Positions 1-9,797 of a DNA stretch of 64,000 nucleotides are shown here, piece after piece. The notes beneath the pieces are model-generated. The model was given only the letters and a program-made list of their open reading frames with translations, ran no database searches and was not told the DNA's origin. The stretch is taken from the NCBI GenBank assembly GCA_049323835.1, contig JBMOOJ010000104.1:9692-73691 (forward strand), written 5' to 3'. How positions within the stretch are numbered: position 1 is the stretch's first letter; each line of letters starts with the position of its first letter. The stretch is from Pseudomonadota bacterium. GTDB taxonomy: Bacteria > Pseudomonadota > Alphaproteobacteria > Rhizobiales > Xanthobacteraceae. A program made the translations under genes and the position numbers.

Positions 1-1
1 C

Positions 2-94
2 GAGGGCCGGTTGCTTGCCGGCGCCAGGGCGCTGGAGGGCATCATCGGCGCGCTGGGCAACGACCCGATCGATCCGAAGCCGCCGAAAAACTGA
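2..94 (+). CDS. 3' end of an upstream gene (partial; product unknown, possibly the amidase that often precedes AtzH-like genes)
   Basis: Frame 2 is open from the window edge to TGA at 92-94 (..EGRLLAGARALEGIIGALGNDPIDPKPPKN*) with GC3-rich codons. The stop lies 15 nt before the next start. The product guess rests on context only. Confidence 0.3.
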   Translation, partial: EGRLLAGARALEGIIGALGNDPIDPKPPKN

Positions 95-109
95 CGGAGC
101 ACATCGCGC

Positions 110-505
110 ATGGAGATCGATCATCCCGAGACACTGGCCGAGGTCACGGCCGCGTTCCGCCGCTATGAAGCGGCGCTGGTGTCGAACGACGTCGCGGTGC
201 TGGACGAGCTGTTTCGCGACGATCCGCGCACGCTGCGCTATGGCATCGGCGAGAACCTTTACGGCCATGCCGAGATCAGCGCGTTCCGCTCCGCGCGCTC
301 GCCGCTCAATCTGGCGCGCGATCTCTCGCGCACCGTCATCACCACCTACGGCCGCGATATGGCGGTGGCGTCGACGCTGTTCCATCGCGCCAGCGCGCCC
401 GGCAAGGTCGGGCGTCAGATGCAGACGTGGGTGAAATTTCCGGAAGGCTGGCGCATCGTCGCTGCGCATGTGAGCGTGATCGACGCACCGAAGGCGTCCG
501 CTTAG
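110..505 (+). CDS. AtzH-like / HpxZ-type NTF2 (SnoaL-like) fold protein
   Basis: 131-aa ORF with ATG preceded by GGAG. Small alpha+beta protein (..YEAALVSNDVAVLDELFRDDPRTLRYG..GWRIVAAHVS) that matches my recollection of the AtzH-like/DUF3225 family. Confidence 0.6.
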   Translation: MEIDHPETLAEVTAAFRRYEAALVSNDVAVLDELFRDDPRTLRYGIGENLYGHAEISAFRSARSPLNLARDLSRTVITTYGRDMAVASTLFHRASAPGKVGRQMQTWVKFPEGWRIVAAHVSVIDAPKASA

Positions 506-526
506 CGGCGACATGATGAGCGCTGC

Positions 527-664
527 CTCTCCCCGCTTGCGGGAGAGGGTTAGGGTGAGGGGTACGTGCGCATCCGGTGCGCTGCGTGTGAGGAAATGCC
601 GAGACTTGCCCCTCACCCGGATCGCTGACGCGATCCGGCCTCTCCCCGTACAAACGGGGAGAGG
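527..664. repeat. REP-like intergenic element made of three GC-rich hairpins
   Basis: Three stem pairs: CCTCTCCC(527-534)/GGGAGAGG(541-548), GGGTGAGGGG(553-562)/CCCCTCACCC(609-618) and CCTCTCCCCG(639-648)/CGGGGAGAGG(655-664). The element sits between two convergent genes. Confidence 0.6.
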
Positions 665-685
665 TAAAGAGGATGCTCCAGAAGA

Positions 686-1717
686 TCAGAAGCGGTAGCT
701 GGCCTCTATCGCGCCAAACGTGGTGGCGGCCGGCTGCGTGTCGTATTCCTTCGTCCGGTGCGTAACCGAGAAGGCCAGCCGGTGGCCGGTCTGCGTGTAG
801 AGCTCGATACCGCCGATGAAGTCAGCGACGAAGGTCTTGCGCGAGACGCTCAGGCTGTTCTGAAAATTGTTGCCGTCGAGGAAAACGTTGAGCGCGACCG
901 CGCGCGCCTCGACGCCGGCGAACACGTTCCAGCCGAGCCACGGTCCGTTCGGATCGGGCGAGAAGAAGGTGCCGCCCGACGGCGACGGACGGATGCGGGT
1001 CGGCCCCCACGTCGAGGACAGCGAGCTGCCGAAACGCACCATGCCGCCGACCGAGCCATAGGTGTAGACGTTGCCGCCGCTGAAGCCGACCGACGGAATG
1101 AAGTCGATGCCGTAGCCGCCGCCGAGATCGGAACCGAACTTCCATTTGCGATCCCACGACAGGACGATGCCCGGCTCGTTCTTCAGGCGGAAGTTGCCGA
1201 CGAATGGACGGCCCTGCCCGAGCAACTGATGAAAGGCGTCCTGCGTCTCCTTGCCGAGCGCCGCCGGACCGACGACGCCGGCCAGGATCTCAAACGTGTC
1301 GAGCTGGCGGCCGCCGGTTTCCTGCATCGCCGAGACGCCCGTATAGAGCCAACCGGCGAATGGCCGCTCAACGCCCGGAATGCGCGGCAAGCGCGAGCTG
1401 ATGCGATCCGGCGTGAAGATGCTCTGGCCGACCGGAATCCATTCGAGCTGCTTCTTCACCGGACCCGCAATCGAGAACGGCGTGAAGAGGCCCATACCGA
1501 CGACGTCATAGACGCGGCCCGCAGTCGGATGCCGGGTGAAGTCGTCGAAGGTGACCGAGAAGCGCAGGCCCTGCGTGTAATCGCGGTCTTTGCCGTTGCC
1601 GAGCGCATCGTTCTCGCCGATCAGCGTAAAGCGCTGCGCCGACGCAACCGACGGCACAGCCACTGCAACAAGCAGCGCTAACAGGGCAAGAAAGACTCGC
1701 GAAAACATGGGCCTCAT
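686..1717 (-). CDS. Lipid A deacylase LpxR-family (DUF2219) outer-membrane protein
   Basis: ORF trimmed to ATG 1717 (alternative 1708), which gives a signal peptide MRPMFSRVFLALLALLVAVAVPSVASA. It has the ENDALGNGKDRDYTQGLRFS motif and a beta-barrel-like C-terminus ending in F. Confidence 0.7.
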   Translation of the reverse strand: MRPMFSRVFLALLALLVAVAVPSVASAQRFTLIGENDALGNGKDRDYTQGLRFSVTFDDFTRHPTAGRVYDVVGMGLFTPFSIAGPVKKQLEWIPVGQSIFTPDRISSRLPRIPGVERPFAGWLYTGVSAMQETGGRQLDTFEILAGVVGPAALGKETQDAFHQLLGQGRPFVGNFRLKNEPGIVLSWDRKWKFGSDLGGGYGIDFIPSVGFSGGNVYTYGSVGGMVRFGSSLSSTWGPTRIRPSPSGGTFFSPDPNGPWLGWNVFAGVEARAVALNVFLDGNNFQNSLSVSRKTFVADFIGGIELYTQTGHRLAFSVTHRTKEYDTQPAATTFGAIEASYRF

Positions 1718-1936
1718 CCGAGCGGCAATCTGCCTCATCGGCCACCGCGCGAACAAGCCTAATTCGTTGGCGGGATTCAATTTTCCGCATCTGTTGCAAG
1801 ATTTCAGCGGTATTCCGGAACGGCATGCCGGCGCCGATTTGACCGGCCCAACGGCAGCATCGACAATCAATCCCTCATCTCCCGTGTCCTGATCCGGGAC
1901 CGCAGCCCAAATCCTTTAAAATACTGGAGAAATCCC

Positions 1937-2713
1937 ATGGACCTCGCGCTTCGCGGCAAAACCGTCCTGATTACCGGCGCCTCCAAGGGCATTGGCGCGG
2001 CCGCGGCCGAGGTCTTTGCCGAGGAGGGCTGCAACCTGCGGCTTGCCGCCCGCAACCAGACGGCGCTTGAGACCCTGGCGACCCAGTTGCGGAGCGCTCA
2101 TCAGATCGCGACCCATGTCCACGTCACGGACCTGCGCAAGCCTGAGGACGTGGTTGCGCTCGCCCGCGAGGCTGCCGACGCCGATATTCTGGTCAACAAC
2201 GCCGGCGATATCCCGGGCGGTTCGCTCGACAAGATCGACGAAGCGACCTGGCGGCACGCATGGGAGCTGAAGGTCTTCGGCTACATCAATCTGACGCGCC
2301 TGTTCTACGCGACGATGAAGACGCGCGGCCATGGCGTGATCATCAACGACATCGGCGCGGCGGGCGAGAAGTTCGATTTCAACTACATCACTGGCAGCGC
2401 CGGCAACGCGGCGCTGATGGCGTTCACCCGCGCACTCGGCGGTGGAAGCCTGAAGGACAACATCCGCGTCGTCGGCATCAATCCGGGTCCGGTCGCGACC
2501 GAGCGCAACATCGCGCTGACGCGGCGACAGGCGCAGGTGCGTTTCGGCGACGAGAATCGTTTCCAGGACATCCTCGATGCCTATCCGTTGCGCAGACCCG
2601 CCAAGCCGCGCGAGATCGCCGACATGATGGCATTCCTCGCATCCGATCGATCCGCCTACACGACCGGCGTGATCATCACCATCGACGGCGGCATGTGCGC
2701 TGCTCCGCGATGA
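1937..2713 (+). CDS. SDR-family oxidoreductase
   Basis: TGASKGIG Rossmann motif, NNAG, and a typical 258-aa length. SD GGAG lies upstream. Confidence 0.85.
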   Translation: MDLALRGKTVLITGASKGIGAAAAEVFAEEGCNLRLAARNQTALETLATQLRSAHQIATHVHVTDLRKPEDVVALAREAADADILVNNAGDIPGGSLDKIDEATWRHAWELKVFGYINLTRLFYATMKTRGHGVIINDIGAAGEKFDFNYITGSAGNAALMAFTRALGGGSLKDNIRVVGINPGPVATERNIALTRRQAQVRFGDENRFQDILDAYPLRRPAKPREIADMMAFLASDRSAYTTGVIITIDGGMCAAPR

Positions 2714-2834
2714 TCTCTCCTCGCCCGATACTTGCGCGGCGCTGCCATCCAGTTTCGCAACTGACGGATTGTGCAGCCTCCTTCGCAATGACAGACTCTC
2801 TCGACTGAACACCGACAACGAAAGAAACGCGCCG

Positions 2835-4085
2835 ATGGCCCCTTCCCGCCCCAACCTTCGCATCGACTCCGGCCGCCTCTGGGGCACGATCCACGAGACA
2901 GCGAAATTCGGCGGCACGCCGAAGGGCGGCGTCAAGCGCCTGACGCTCGGGCCCGAGGACAAGCAGGTCCGTGACTGGTTTCGCGCCGCGTGCGAAGCCG
3001 CCGGCTGCGAGGTGCGCGTCGATGCGCTCGGTACGATGTTCGCGATCCGCAAGGGCCGTGACATGTCGAAGGCGCCTGTCGGCCTCGGCTCCCATCTCGA
3101 CACACAGCCGACCGGCGGCAAATTCGACGGCATCCTCGGCACGCTCGCGGCGCTGGAAGTGGTGCGTACGCTGAACGACGCCGGGATCGAGACCGACGCG
3201 CCGCTCTGCATCACCAACTGGACCAACGAGGAAGGCTCGCGCTTCGCCCCGGCGATGATGGCGTCGGCCGCCTACGCCGGCGACTTCACCACCGACGACA
3301 TTCTCGGCCACGTCGACGCCGAAGGCATCAGCGTCGCGCAGGCGCTCGACACCATCGGCTATCGGGGCAGCGATCCGGTCGGGCGGCAGAAGTTCAGCGC
3401 GTTCGTCGAATTGCACATCGAGCAAGGACCGCTGCTCGAAGCCGAAGGCAAGACCATCGGCGTGGTCGACCGCGGTCAGGGCATCATGTGGTACGACGGG
3501 CGCATTGCCGGCTTCGCCAGCCATGCCGGAACGACGCCGATGCCGATGCGGCGCGACGCTCTCTCCGCCTTCGCCGAACTGACCCTGGCGATCGAAAAGA
3601 TCGCGAAGGATCACGGACCGAATGCGGTCGCAACCGTCGGCGAAATCACCGTCGAAAATCCGTCACGTAACGTCGTGCCGGGCGATCTGGTGTTCACCAG
3701 CGATATCCGCAGCCCCGACAGCAAGACCCTCGACGCACTGCATGCGGCGGTCCAGGCCGCGGCCGCGGAGATCGGCAAGCGGCGGAGGGTCGAGATCACG
3801 CTGCGACAGGTCTGGCGCAAGGAGCCGACCGTGTTCAACACCAGGCTGGTCGATGCGGTCGCCTCCGCCAGCGAAACGCTCGGCTACAGCAACCGCCGCA
3901 TCACGTCGGGCGCCGGTCACGATGCCTGCAATCTCGCGACCGTCATTCCGAGCGCGATGATCTTCGTGCCGTGCAAGGACGGCGTCAGCCACAACGAGCT
4001 TGAGGACGCAACGCAGGTCGATTGCGCGGCGGGCGCAAACGTCCTGCTGCACACGGTGCTGTCGCTCGCGGGTAGCGCCGACTAG
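2835..4085 (+). CDS. M20 Zn-dependent amidase, hydantoinase/carbamoylase (allantoate amidohydrolase / N-carbamoyl-amino-acid hydrolase) family
   Basis: GSHLDTQPTGGKFDGILG and NEEGSRF motifs. Start moved to ATG 2835 (MAPSRPNLRID..). Confidence 0.8.
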   Translation: MAPSRPNLRIDSGRLWGTIHETAKFGGTPKGGVKRLTLGPEDKQVRDWFRAACEAAGCEVRVDALGTMFAIRKGRDMSKAPVGLGSHLDTQPTGGKFDGILGTLAALEVVRTLNDAGIETDAPLCITNWTNEEGSRFAPAMMASAAYAGDFTTDDILGHVDAEGISVAQALDTIGYRGSDPVGRQKFSAFVELHIEQGPLLEAEGKTIGVVDRGQGIMWYDGRIAGFASHAGTTPMPMRRDALSAFAELTLAIEKIAKDHGPNAVATVGEITVENPSRNVVPGDLVFTSDIRSPDSKTLDALHAAVQAAAAEIGKRRRVEITLRQVWRKEPTVFNTRLVDAVASASETLGYSNRRITSGAGHDACNLATVIPSAMIFVPCKDGVSHNELEDATQVDCAAGANVLLHTVLSLAGSAD

Positions 4086-4100
4086 CGCAACATCACACCA

Positions 4101-4556
4101 CTACGGCTCGATGTCATAGTGGTGCGCGATGATGTGCTCTGACGCGAGCTTGGCATAGAGCGCGCGGGCGGGCTCGTCTTCCTCCGCGTTGTCTGCCTGG
4201 ACGAACATCACGTAAGCGCCCTGCTTGCGCGCCGCCTCACCCAGCGTGCGGATCAGCGCGGTGGCGACACCCCGCCGCCGGTGCTCCACATCGACAGCGA
4301 GATCGTAGATGTAGATTTCGCTGCGCTGCTGCTCGAACTTCCTCAGTTCATAAGCAGCGAGTCCACCGATCACGGAATCGCCGTCGCTGGCGATCACCGC
4401 AAAAAAGCTCTTGTCGTTGATGCGCTCACGCAGATAGGCATCGGCCGGAACGTGCGCGTGATAGTTGTCCGGATCCTCGAAGGCATTTCCGAACATCCGC
4501 AGCAGCGCTTTCATCTCGGCGAGATCGTCAGCGCCCAAACGCTTCGTCGAATACAT
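4101..4556 (-). CDS. aac(3)-I: AAC(3)-I-family aminoglycoside 3-N-acetyltransferase homologue (GNAT)
   Basis: The 151-aa protein aligns by eye along its whole length with AAC(3)-Ia as I remember it. Example: [30 protein letters not shown] here versus [30 protein letters not shown], and [10 protein letters not shown] versus GAYVIYVQAD. Confidence 0.75.
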   Translation of the reverse strand: [151 protein letters not shown]

Positions 4557-4576
4557 GCAACACTCCCCAAAGCAAT

Positions 4577-4598
4577 CCGCCCGGCGCGGGCCGGGCGG
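4577..4598 (-). terminator. GC hairpin between the RND permease and the aac(3)-like gene (possible attenuator or terminator)
   Basis: CCGCCCGGC (4577-4585), loop GCGG, GCCGGGCGG (4590-4598). Only a weak T tract follows on the minus strand. Confidence 0.35.
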
Positions 4599-4622
4599 AG
4601 GACAAGGCGGGCACTGCGCGGG

Positions 4623-7600
4623 TCAGCGCCCTTGCGGCGCGAGCCCGCCGGGACCGTCGTAGTCGCGCTCGAATTCCTCGACCTCGCGCGTCCGCTGCGA
4701 ACCGGCCACCGCGCGGTGATCGGTCGCAATCGCCACATACACCGCCGGCAGCACGAACAGCGTGAACAGCGTGCCGATGGTCATACCGGCAACGACGACG
4801 AGGCCGATGGAGAAACGGCTCGCCGCACCCGCACCGGACGCGGTGAGCAGCGGCAGCAGGCCCGCCACCATTGCCGCCGTCGTCATCAGGATCGGACGCA
4901 AGCGCACGCGCGCGGCCATCTCGATCGCCGATCGCCGGTCGAGCCCTTCCTTCAGCTGAAGTTCGTTGGCGAACTCCACCATGAGAATGCCGTGCTTGGA
5001 GATCAGGCCGATCAGCGTGAGCAACCCGACCTGCGTGTAGATGTTGATCGTGGCCGCGCCGAAGAACAGTGGAATCAGGGCGCCCGAGATCGCCATCGGC
5101 ACGGAAATCAGGATCACGAGCGGATCACGCAGGCTTTCGAACTGCGCTGCCAGCACGAGGTAGATAATGACCAGCGCGAAGGCGAAGGCGATTGCGAGCT
5201 GATTGCCCTCCTGCGTGTATTGCCGCGCGTCCGCAAGGAAGGCCCGATTGTAGCCGGTCGGCAGCTTCTTGGCCTGCTCCTCGAGGAATTCGACCGCCTT
5301 GCCAACCGTAACGCCCGGCATCGGCACTGCCTGGAACGTCGCCGAGTTGAGCTGGTTGAAGCGCGTCAGCGCGTTCGGATCGGTGCCCGTCTCGATCGAC
5401 ACCACCGTCGACAGCGGCACCTGCCGGCCTTGCGGCGTCTGCACGTAATACTTGGCAAGGTCGTCGGGTGTCAGCCGCAAATCGCGCGGCACCTGCGGGA
5501 TCACCTGATACGAACGGCCTTCGAGGTTGAACCGGTTGACGAAGTTGCCGCCCAGCATCATCGCCAGCGTATTGCCGATCTGTTGCATGGTGACGCCGAG
5601 CTCGTTCGCCTTCGAGCGGTCGATCTTCACGCGCAGCACCGGCTGGTTGAAGTCGAGATCGCTGTCGGCAACGATGAACAGGCCGCTCTTGCGCGCCGCG
5701 TCCTTCAACTTGTTCATCTCTTCATAGATCGACTTGAAGTCGCCGATGGTCGAGATCGCCATCTGCACCGGCAGACCGCCCGGCCCGCCCGGCAGCGGCG
5801 GCAGGTTGAAGACGAAGGCGTTGACGCCCTCGACCTTGTTGATCTCGTTCTGCACCGGCTGCTTCAGCACATGCGACGAGCGCTTGCGCTCGTCCCACGG
5901 CTTGAGGATCATGCCGGCAATGCCCTGGCTCGGACCGCTGATGCCATTGAGCACGAAGCGCAAATCCGTTTCCGGGAAGCTGCCGAACGCCTTATCGAGC
6001 TTCTCGCCGTAGTAGTCGGAGTAATCGATGTTGGCGTACTTCGGCGCCTTGGTCACCGAGAACAGGATACCCTGATCTTCCTCCGGCGCGAGTTCCTTGC
6101 CGGTGTTCATGTACATGAAGGCCACGAGACCGAGGATCGTCACCGCGAACATCGCCGTCACCGGACGGTAGTCGAGCGAGCGGTCCAGCATCCGCCCGTA
6201 GGTCCGCGTGGTCGCCCGGAACACCCGATCGATCATCTGGGCGAACCGCCCCTGCTCCGCGCCCTTCAGCAGCGTCGAACACATCATCGGCGACAGCGTC
6301 AGCGCGATCACGCCGGACACGATCACCGCGCCCGCAAGCGTGAAGGCGAACTCGCGGAACAGCGCGCCCGTGAGGCCGCCGAGAAAGCCGATCGGCGCGT
6401 ACACCGCCGCCAGCGTGATCGTCATCGAGATCACGGGGCCGACGATTTCGCGCGCGCCTTGCAGCGACGCCTGTACCGGCGTTTTCCCTTCCTCCAGGTG
6501 GCGGTGGATGTTCTCGACCACCACGATCGCGTCGTCGACCACGAGGCCGATCGCGAGCACCATCGCCAGCAGCGTCAGAAGATTGAAGCTGAAGCCGAGC
6601 GGCATCATCAGGATGCAGACGCCGACCAGCGACAGCGGAATGGTCACCACCGGGATCAACACCGAGCGGAACGAGCCGAGAAACAGGAAGATGACGACGA
6701 CGACGATGATGACGGCCTCGAGCAGCGTATCGCGCACCTCGTCGATCGACGACTGAATGAACTTGGTCGAATCGTAGGCGACCTGCATCTTCAGCGATGG
6801 CGGCAGGTTGCGCTCGATCTCCGGCAAGAGCGCCCGTACACCCTTGACGATATTGAGCGGGTTGCCCTGCGGCGTCGACTGCACGCCAATGAAGATCGCC
6901 TTGTCGCCGTTCATCGACACGCTCGCGTCCGTGCTTTGCGCGCCGAGCTGAACGGTAGCGACATCCTCAAGCCGCACCAGCGCACCGTCCTTGGATTTGA
7001 CGGTCATCCGCTTGAACTGGTTGATGTCGGTGAGGCCCGTATTGGTCGAGACGTTCGAGACGACGAAGTAGCCTTTCGCCTGCCCGGCCGCCGCCTGGAA
7101 GTTGTTCGCACGGATCGCCGCTGCAACATCGTCGGCGGACACGCCGCGTCCCGCCATGCGCGCCGGGTCGAGCCACAGCCGCATCGCGAACGTCTGGCCG
7201 CCGAGAATATCGGCCGACGCCACGCCGTCGACGGTTGCGAGAATGGGCTGCACCACGCGCGTCAGATAGTCGGAAATCGCCGAACCGCCGAGTTCGTCGC
7301 TGGCGAAACCGATATACATCACCGCCGTGGTCTGACCGGTCGACTTCAGGATCACCGGATCGTTCGCTTCGCGCGGGATCAGGTACTTGACCGAATTGAC
7401 CTTGGAAAGAACCTCGGTAAGCGCCTGGTTCGGATCGACGTTGAGCTTGATGTAGGCCGAGATCGTGCTCGTGCCCTGCACCGACGACGACGTCAGGTAG
7501 TCGATGCCCTCGGCGGCGGCAACCGCCTGCTCGATCGGCGTCGTAATGAAGCCCTGCATCAGTTCCGGCGAGGCGCCCGGATAGGTCGTGGTGACGGTAA

Positions 7601-7733
7601 CGACCGTATTGTAGAGCCGCGGATACTGCCGGATCGGCAGCTTGAACGCGGCGTTCAGCCCGATCAGCAGGATCAGTGCGCTGACGACGAGCGACAGCAC
7701 CGGCCGCTTGATGAAAATGTCCGTGAAACGCAT
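4623..7733 (-). CDS. RND efflux transporter permease (AcrB/Mdt-like)
   Basis: 1036 aa starting at MRFTDIFIKRPVLS. Typical 12-TM RND layout with large periplasmic loops and conserved VVDDAIVVVENI. Confidence 0.9.
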   Translation of the reverse strand: MRFTDIFIKRPVLSLVVSALILLIGLNAAFKLPIRQYPRLYNTVVTVTTTYPGASPELMQGFITTPIEQAVAAAEGIDYLTSSSVQGTSTISAYIKLNVDPNQALTEVLSKVNSVKYLIPREANDPVILKSTGQTTAVMYIGFASDELGGSAISDYLTRVVQPILATVDGVASADILGGQTFAMRLWLDPARMAGRGVSADDVAAAIRANNFQAAAGQAKGYFVVSNVSTNTGLTDINQFKRMTVKSKDGALVRLEDVATVQLGAQSTDASVSMNGDKAIFIGVQSTPQGNPLNIVKGVRALLPEIERNLPPSLKMQVAYDSTKFIQSSIDEVRDTLLEAVIIVVVVIFLFLGSFRSVLIPVVTIPLSLVGVCILMMPLGFSFNLLTLLAMVLAIGLVVDDAIVVVENIHRHLEEGKTPVQASLQGAREIVGPVISMTITLAAVYAPIGFLGGLTGALFREFAFTLAGAVIVSGVIALTLSPMMCSTLLKGAEQGRFAQMIDRVFRATTRTYGRMLDRSLDYRPVTAMFAVTILGLVAFMYMNTGKELAPEEDQGILFSVTKAPKYANIDYSDYYGEKLDKAFGSFPETDLRFVLNGISGPSQGIAGMILKPWDERKRSSHVLKQPVQNEINKVEGVNAFVFNLPPLPGGPGGLPVQMAISTIGDFKSIYEEMNKLKDAARKSGLFIVADSDLDFNQPVLRVKIDRSKANELGVTMQQIGNTLAMMLGGNFVNRFNLEGRSYQVIPQVPRDLRLTPDDLAKYYVQTPQGRQVPLSTVVSIETGTDPNALTRFNQLNSATFQAVPMPGVTVGKAVEFLEEQAKKLPTGYNRAFLADARQYTQEGNQLAIAFAFALVIIYLVLAAQFESLRDPLVILISVPMAISGALIPLFFGAATINIYTQVGLLTLIGLISKHGILMVEFANELQLKEGLDRRSAIEMAARVRLRPILMTTAAMVAGLLPLLTASGAGAASRFSIGLVVVAGMTIGTLFTLFVLPAVYVAIATDHRAVAGSQRTREVEEFERDYDGPGGLAPQGR

Positions 7734-7847
7734 GTCCCGGCTCCTGTCGGCGCTCGATCCCGCAAGCAAGGCCTGCGATCAGATACGCTCAATCCATATT
7801 CCGGGTCCGCTCACCATGCGATCGGACCCGTCTTTGTTTCCTCGCTG

Positions 7848-9047
7848 TCAGTTCAGCGGCGTCTTCGCCGGTATCGGCGGCGGCGGGTCTTTCGAAATGG
7901 CAACGGCGGCACCCGGTTGCAGCTTGAGCTGGCCGACGGCGACGACGCGATCGCCACCATTCAAACCACTCTGGATGACGGCCTTGCCATCGACGCGCAC
8001 CCCGACGCGCACCGGAACGCGCTCGACCGAATAGGCCGGCTCGCCCTTTTCGTCCTTCTTCTCAACCACGCGATAGACGGAATCGCCGTAGAGCGTGTAG
8101 TCGACCGCGGTCTCCGGCACCACCAGCACCGGCGGATCGGGCGGCAGCACGACCGTCGTGCTCGCGAACATGCCCGGCTTCAATGCGCGGTCGGCATTGT
8201 CGAGCGTCGCCTGAATGCGGACGTTGCGCGTATCCGAGTTGATTTGCGGATCGATGGTCGTGATCTTGCCCTCGAACTTGCGGGTCGGATACGCATCGAC
8301 GTTGACGCGCACGATCTGGCCGACGGCGAGCACCGCGCGATCCTTCTCCGTGACGGTGAAGTTCAGGAACACCTTCGAGAGGTCGGTCAGCGACACGATC
8401 TGCGTGCCGGCGCTCAGGAACTGTCCGAGATCGATCTTGCGCACGCCGAGTTCGCCGTCGAACGGCGCCCGGACGAGCTTCTGCGAGATGATGGTTTCGG
8501 TCTTGGTGACGGCGGCGTTAGCCTGATCGAACGCGGCCTGCGCGGTGTCCACCGTCGCCTGCGGGCCGGACTGCTTCGCCAGCAGCGCCTTGGCGCGTTC
8601 GAGCGTCAGTTCGGCCGACTTGGCCTGCGCCTTGAAGCTTGCAAGATCACTCTGTTCCGGCTCGTCGAAGAGCTGTACCAGCGGGTCGCCCTTCTTCACC
8701 ATGGCACCCGACTCGAACAGGATTTTGGTCACGCGGCCCGATACGTCGGGCGTGACTTCGACCTGGTGTACGGCGGCAAGATCGCCGATGCCGGTGAGCA
8801 GCCGCGGCACCACCTCGGACTTCACCTCGGCCACGCTGACGGTCGCCGGCGGCGGCTTCATGTTGGCGAAGAACTGCCCAATCATCTTGGCGCGGAAGGC
8901 GTTGAACCCCCACAATCCGCCGACCAGAAGGACCAGCAGCAGACCGACGATGACGACCCAGCGCACCATCTTCACCGGTTTCCTGGGAGGCTTTTGCTCA
9001 ACGCTCTCGGACACTTTCGTCCCGTGGATTTCCGTTTGAATGTTCAT
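7848..9047 (-). CDS. RND periplasmic adaptor (membrane fusion protein)
   Basis: N-terminal TM segment followed by HlyD/AcrA-like lipoyl, hairpin and barrel regions (VRAPFDGELG.., ..LKPGMFA..). ATG 9047 lies 1 nt after the tetR stop. Confidence 0.85.
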   Translation of the reverse strand: MNIQTEIHGTKVSESVEQKPPRKPVKMVRWVVIVGLLLVLLVGGLWGFNAFRAKMIGQFFANMKPPPATVSVAEVKSEVVPRLLTGIGDLAAVHQVEVTPDVSGRVTKILFESGAMVKKGDPLVQLFDEPEQSDLASFKAQAKSAELTLERAKALLAKQSGPQATVDTAQAAFDQANAAVTKTETIISQKLVRAPFDGELGVRKIDLGQFLSAGTQIVSLTDLSKVFLNFTVTEKDRAVLAVGQIVRVNVDAYPTRKFEGKITTIDPQINSDTRNVRIQATLDNADRALKPGMFASTTVVLPPDPPVLVVPETAVDYTLYGDSVYRVVEKKDEKGEPAYSVERVPVRVGVRVDGKAVIQSGLNGGDRVVAVGQLKLQPGAAVAISKDPPPPIPAKTPLN

Positions 9048-9048
9048 A

Positions 9049-9747
9049 TCAAGCGCTTTCTGTAGCCATGACCGGCACTGAGGACGACACGTCCTGCACG
9101 AGGAGACGAGCGATCGCATCGTTGGTGACGCCGATGCCGCGTAAAACAAACTCGCAGACCTGCCGCTGCAGCCCGCCATCATCCGAATAGGAAATCGTCG
9201 GCATCGCCGGCAACCGCGACAATGCCAGCATCAGCAGCGTCTGATGCGTGAACCAGAACAGGTCGCGTGCCGGCGTACTGGAAGGCTCGGCGTCGCCCGC
9301 GGCGATCGCACGCGCCAGCGACGCCTCGAAAATCGGTTCGATGATGTGGCCGATCTTCTCGAACAGAAGACGCGCGAACTCGCCGCCTTCGAGATGGCTC
9401 GATATCACGAGTTTCAGCCGCTGCACTTCCTCATGGTCGGGCGAGTTCGATGCATGCATGAACTCTGTGACCATCACGCGGATCAGCACCACGAGCGTTG
9501 CCGTCGATGGTTCCAGCGCCTGCAATTCGAGCAGGCCGGGATCGGTCTCGCAGGCGTCCGCCAGGACCTCCGCATAGAGCGCGGCCTTGGTCGGGAAATG
9601 CTTGAACAGCAATCCCTCCGAGATACCCGCCGCAGCCGCGACGCTGCGCGTGGTCGTACCTGCATACCCGTGACGCGCGAAGCAGCGCTTCGCGGCGTCC
9701 ATGATTTGCTCACGGCGCAGGTCGCTCGGTAAACGGACGGGTCGCAT
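9049..9747 (-). CDS. TetR-family transcriptional regulator
   Basis: N-terminal HTH (REQIMDAAKRCFARHGYAGTTTRSVAAAAGISEGLLFKHFPTK). It is the first gene of the tetR-MFP-RND string. Confidence 0.85.
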   Translation of the reverse strand: MRPVRLPSDLRREQIMDAAKRCFARHGYAGTTTRSVAAAAGISEGLLFKHFPTKAALYAEVLADACETDPGLLELQALEPSTATLVVLIRVMVTEFMHASNSPDHEEVQRLKLVISSHLEGGEFARLLFEKIGHIIEPIFEASLARAIAAGDAEPSSTPARDLFWFTHQTLLMLALSRLPAMPTISYSDDGGLQRQVCEFVLRGIGVTNDAIARLLVQDVSSSVPVMATESA

Positions 9748-9797
9748 GGCGCGGTAAGTAACCGCTCACTAGCCACAACGTCAAGGCGAAATGCTGC

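Noticed and set aside
513-698. Small ORFs running through the repeat elements (also 339-653, 50438-50590, 58599-58806)
   Set aside because: They are translations of palindromic REP-like DNA, give mirror-image peptides on both strands, and have no SD.
4281-9065. 1594-aa plus-strand ORF, the longest in the track
   Set aside because: It is entirely antisense to the clearly recognisable RND permease, adaptor and aac(3)-like genes. Its Arg/His/Asp/Gln-rich low-complexity translation resembles no protein family. It is a typical GC-rich antisense artefact.
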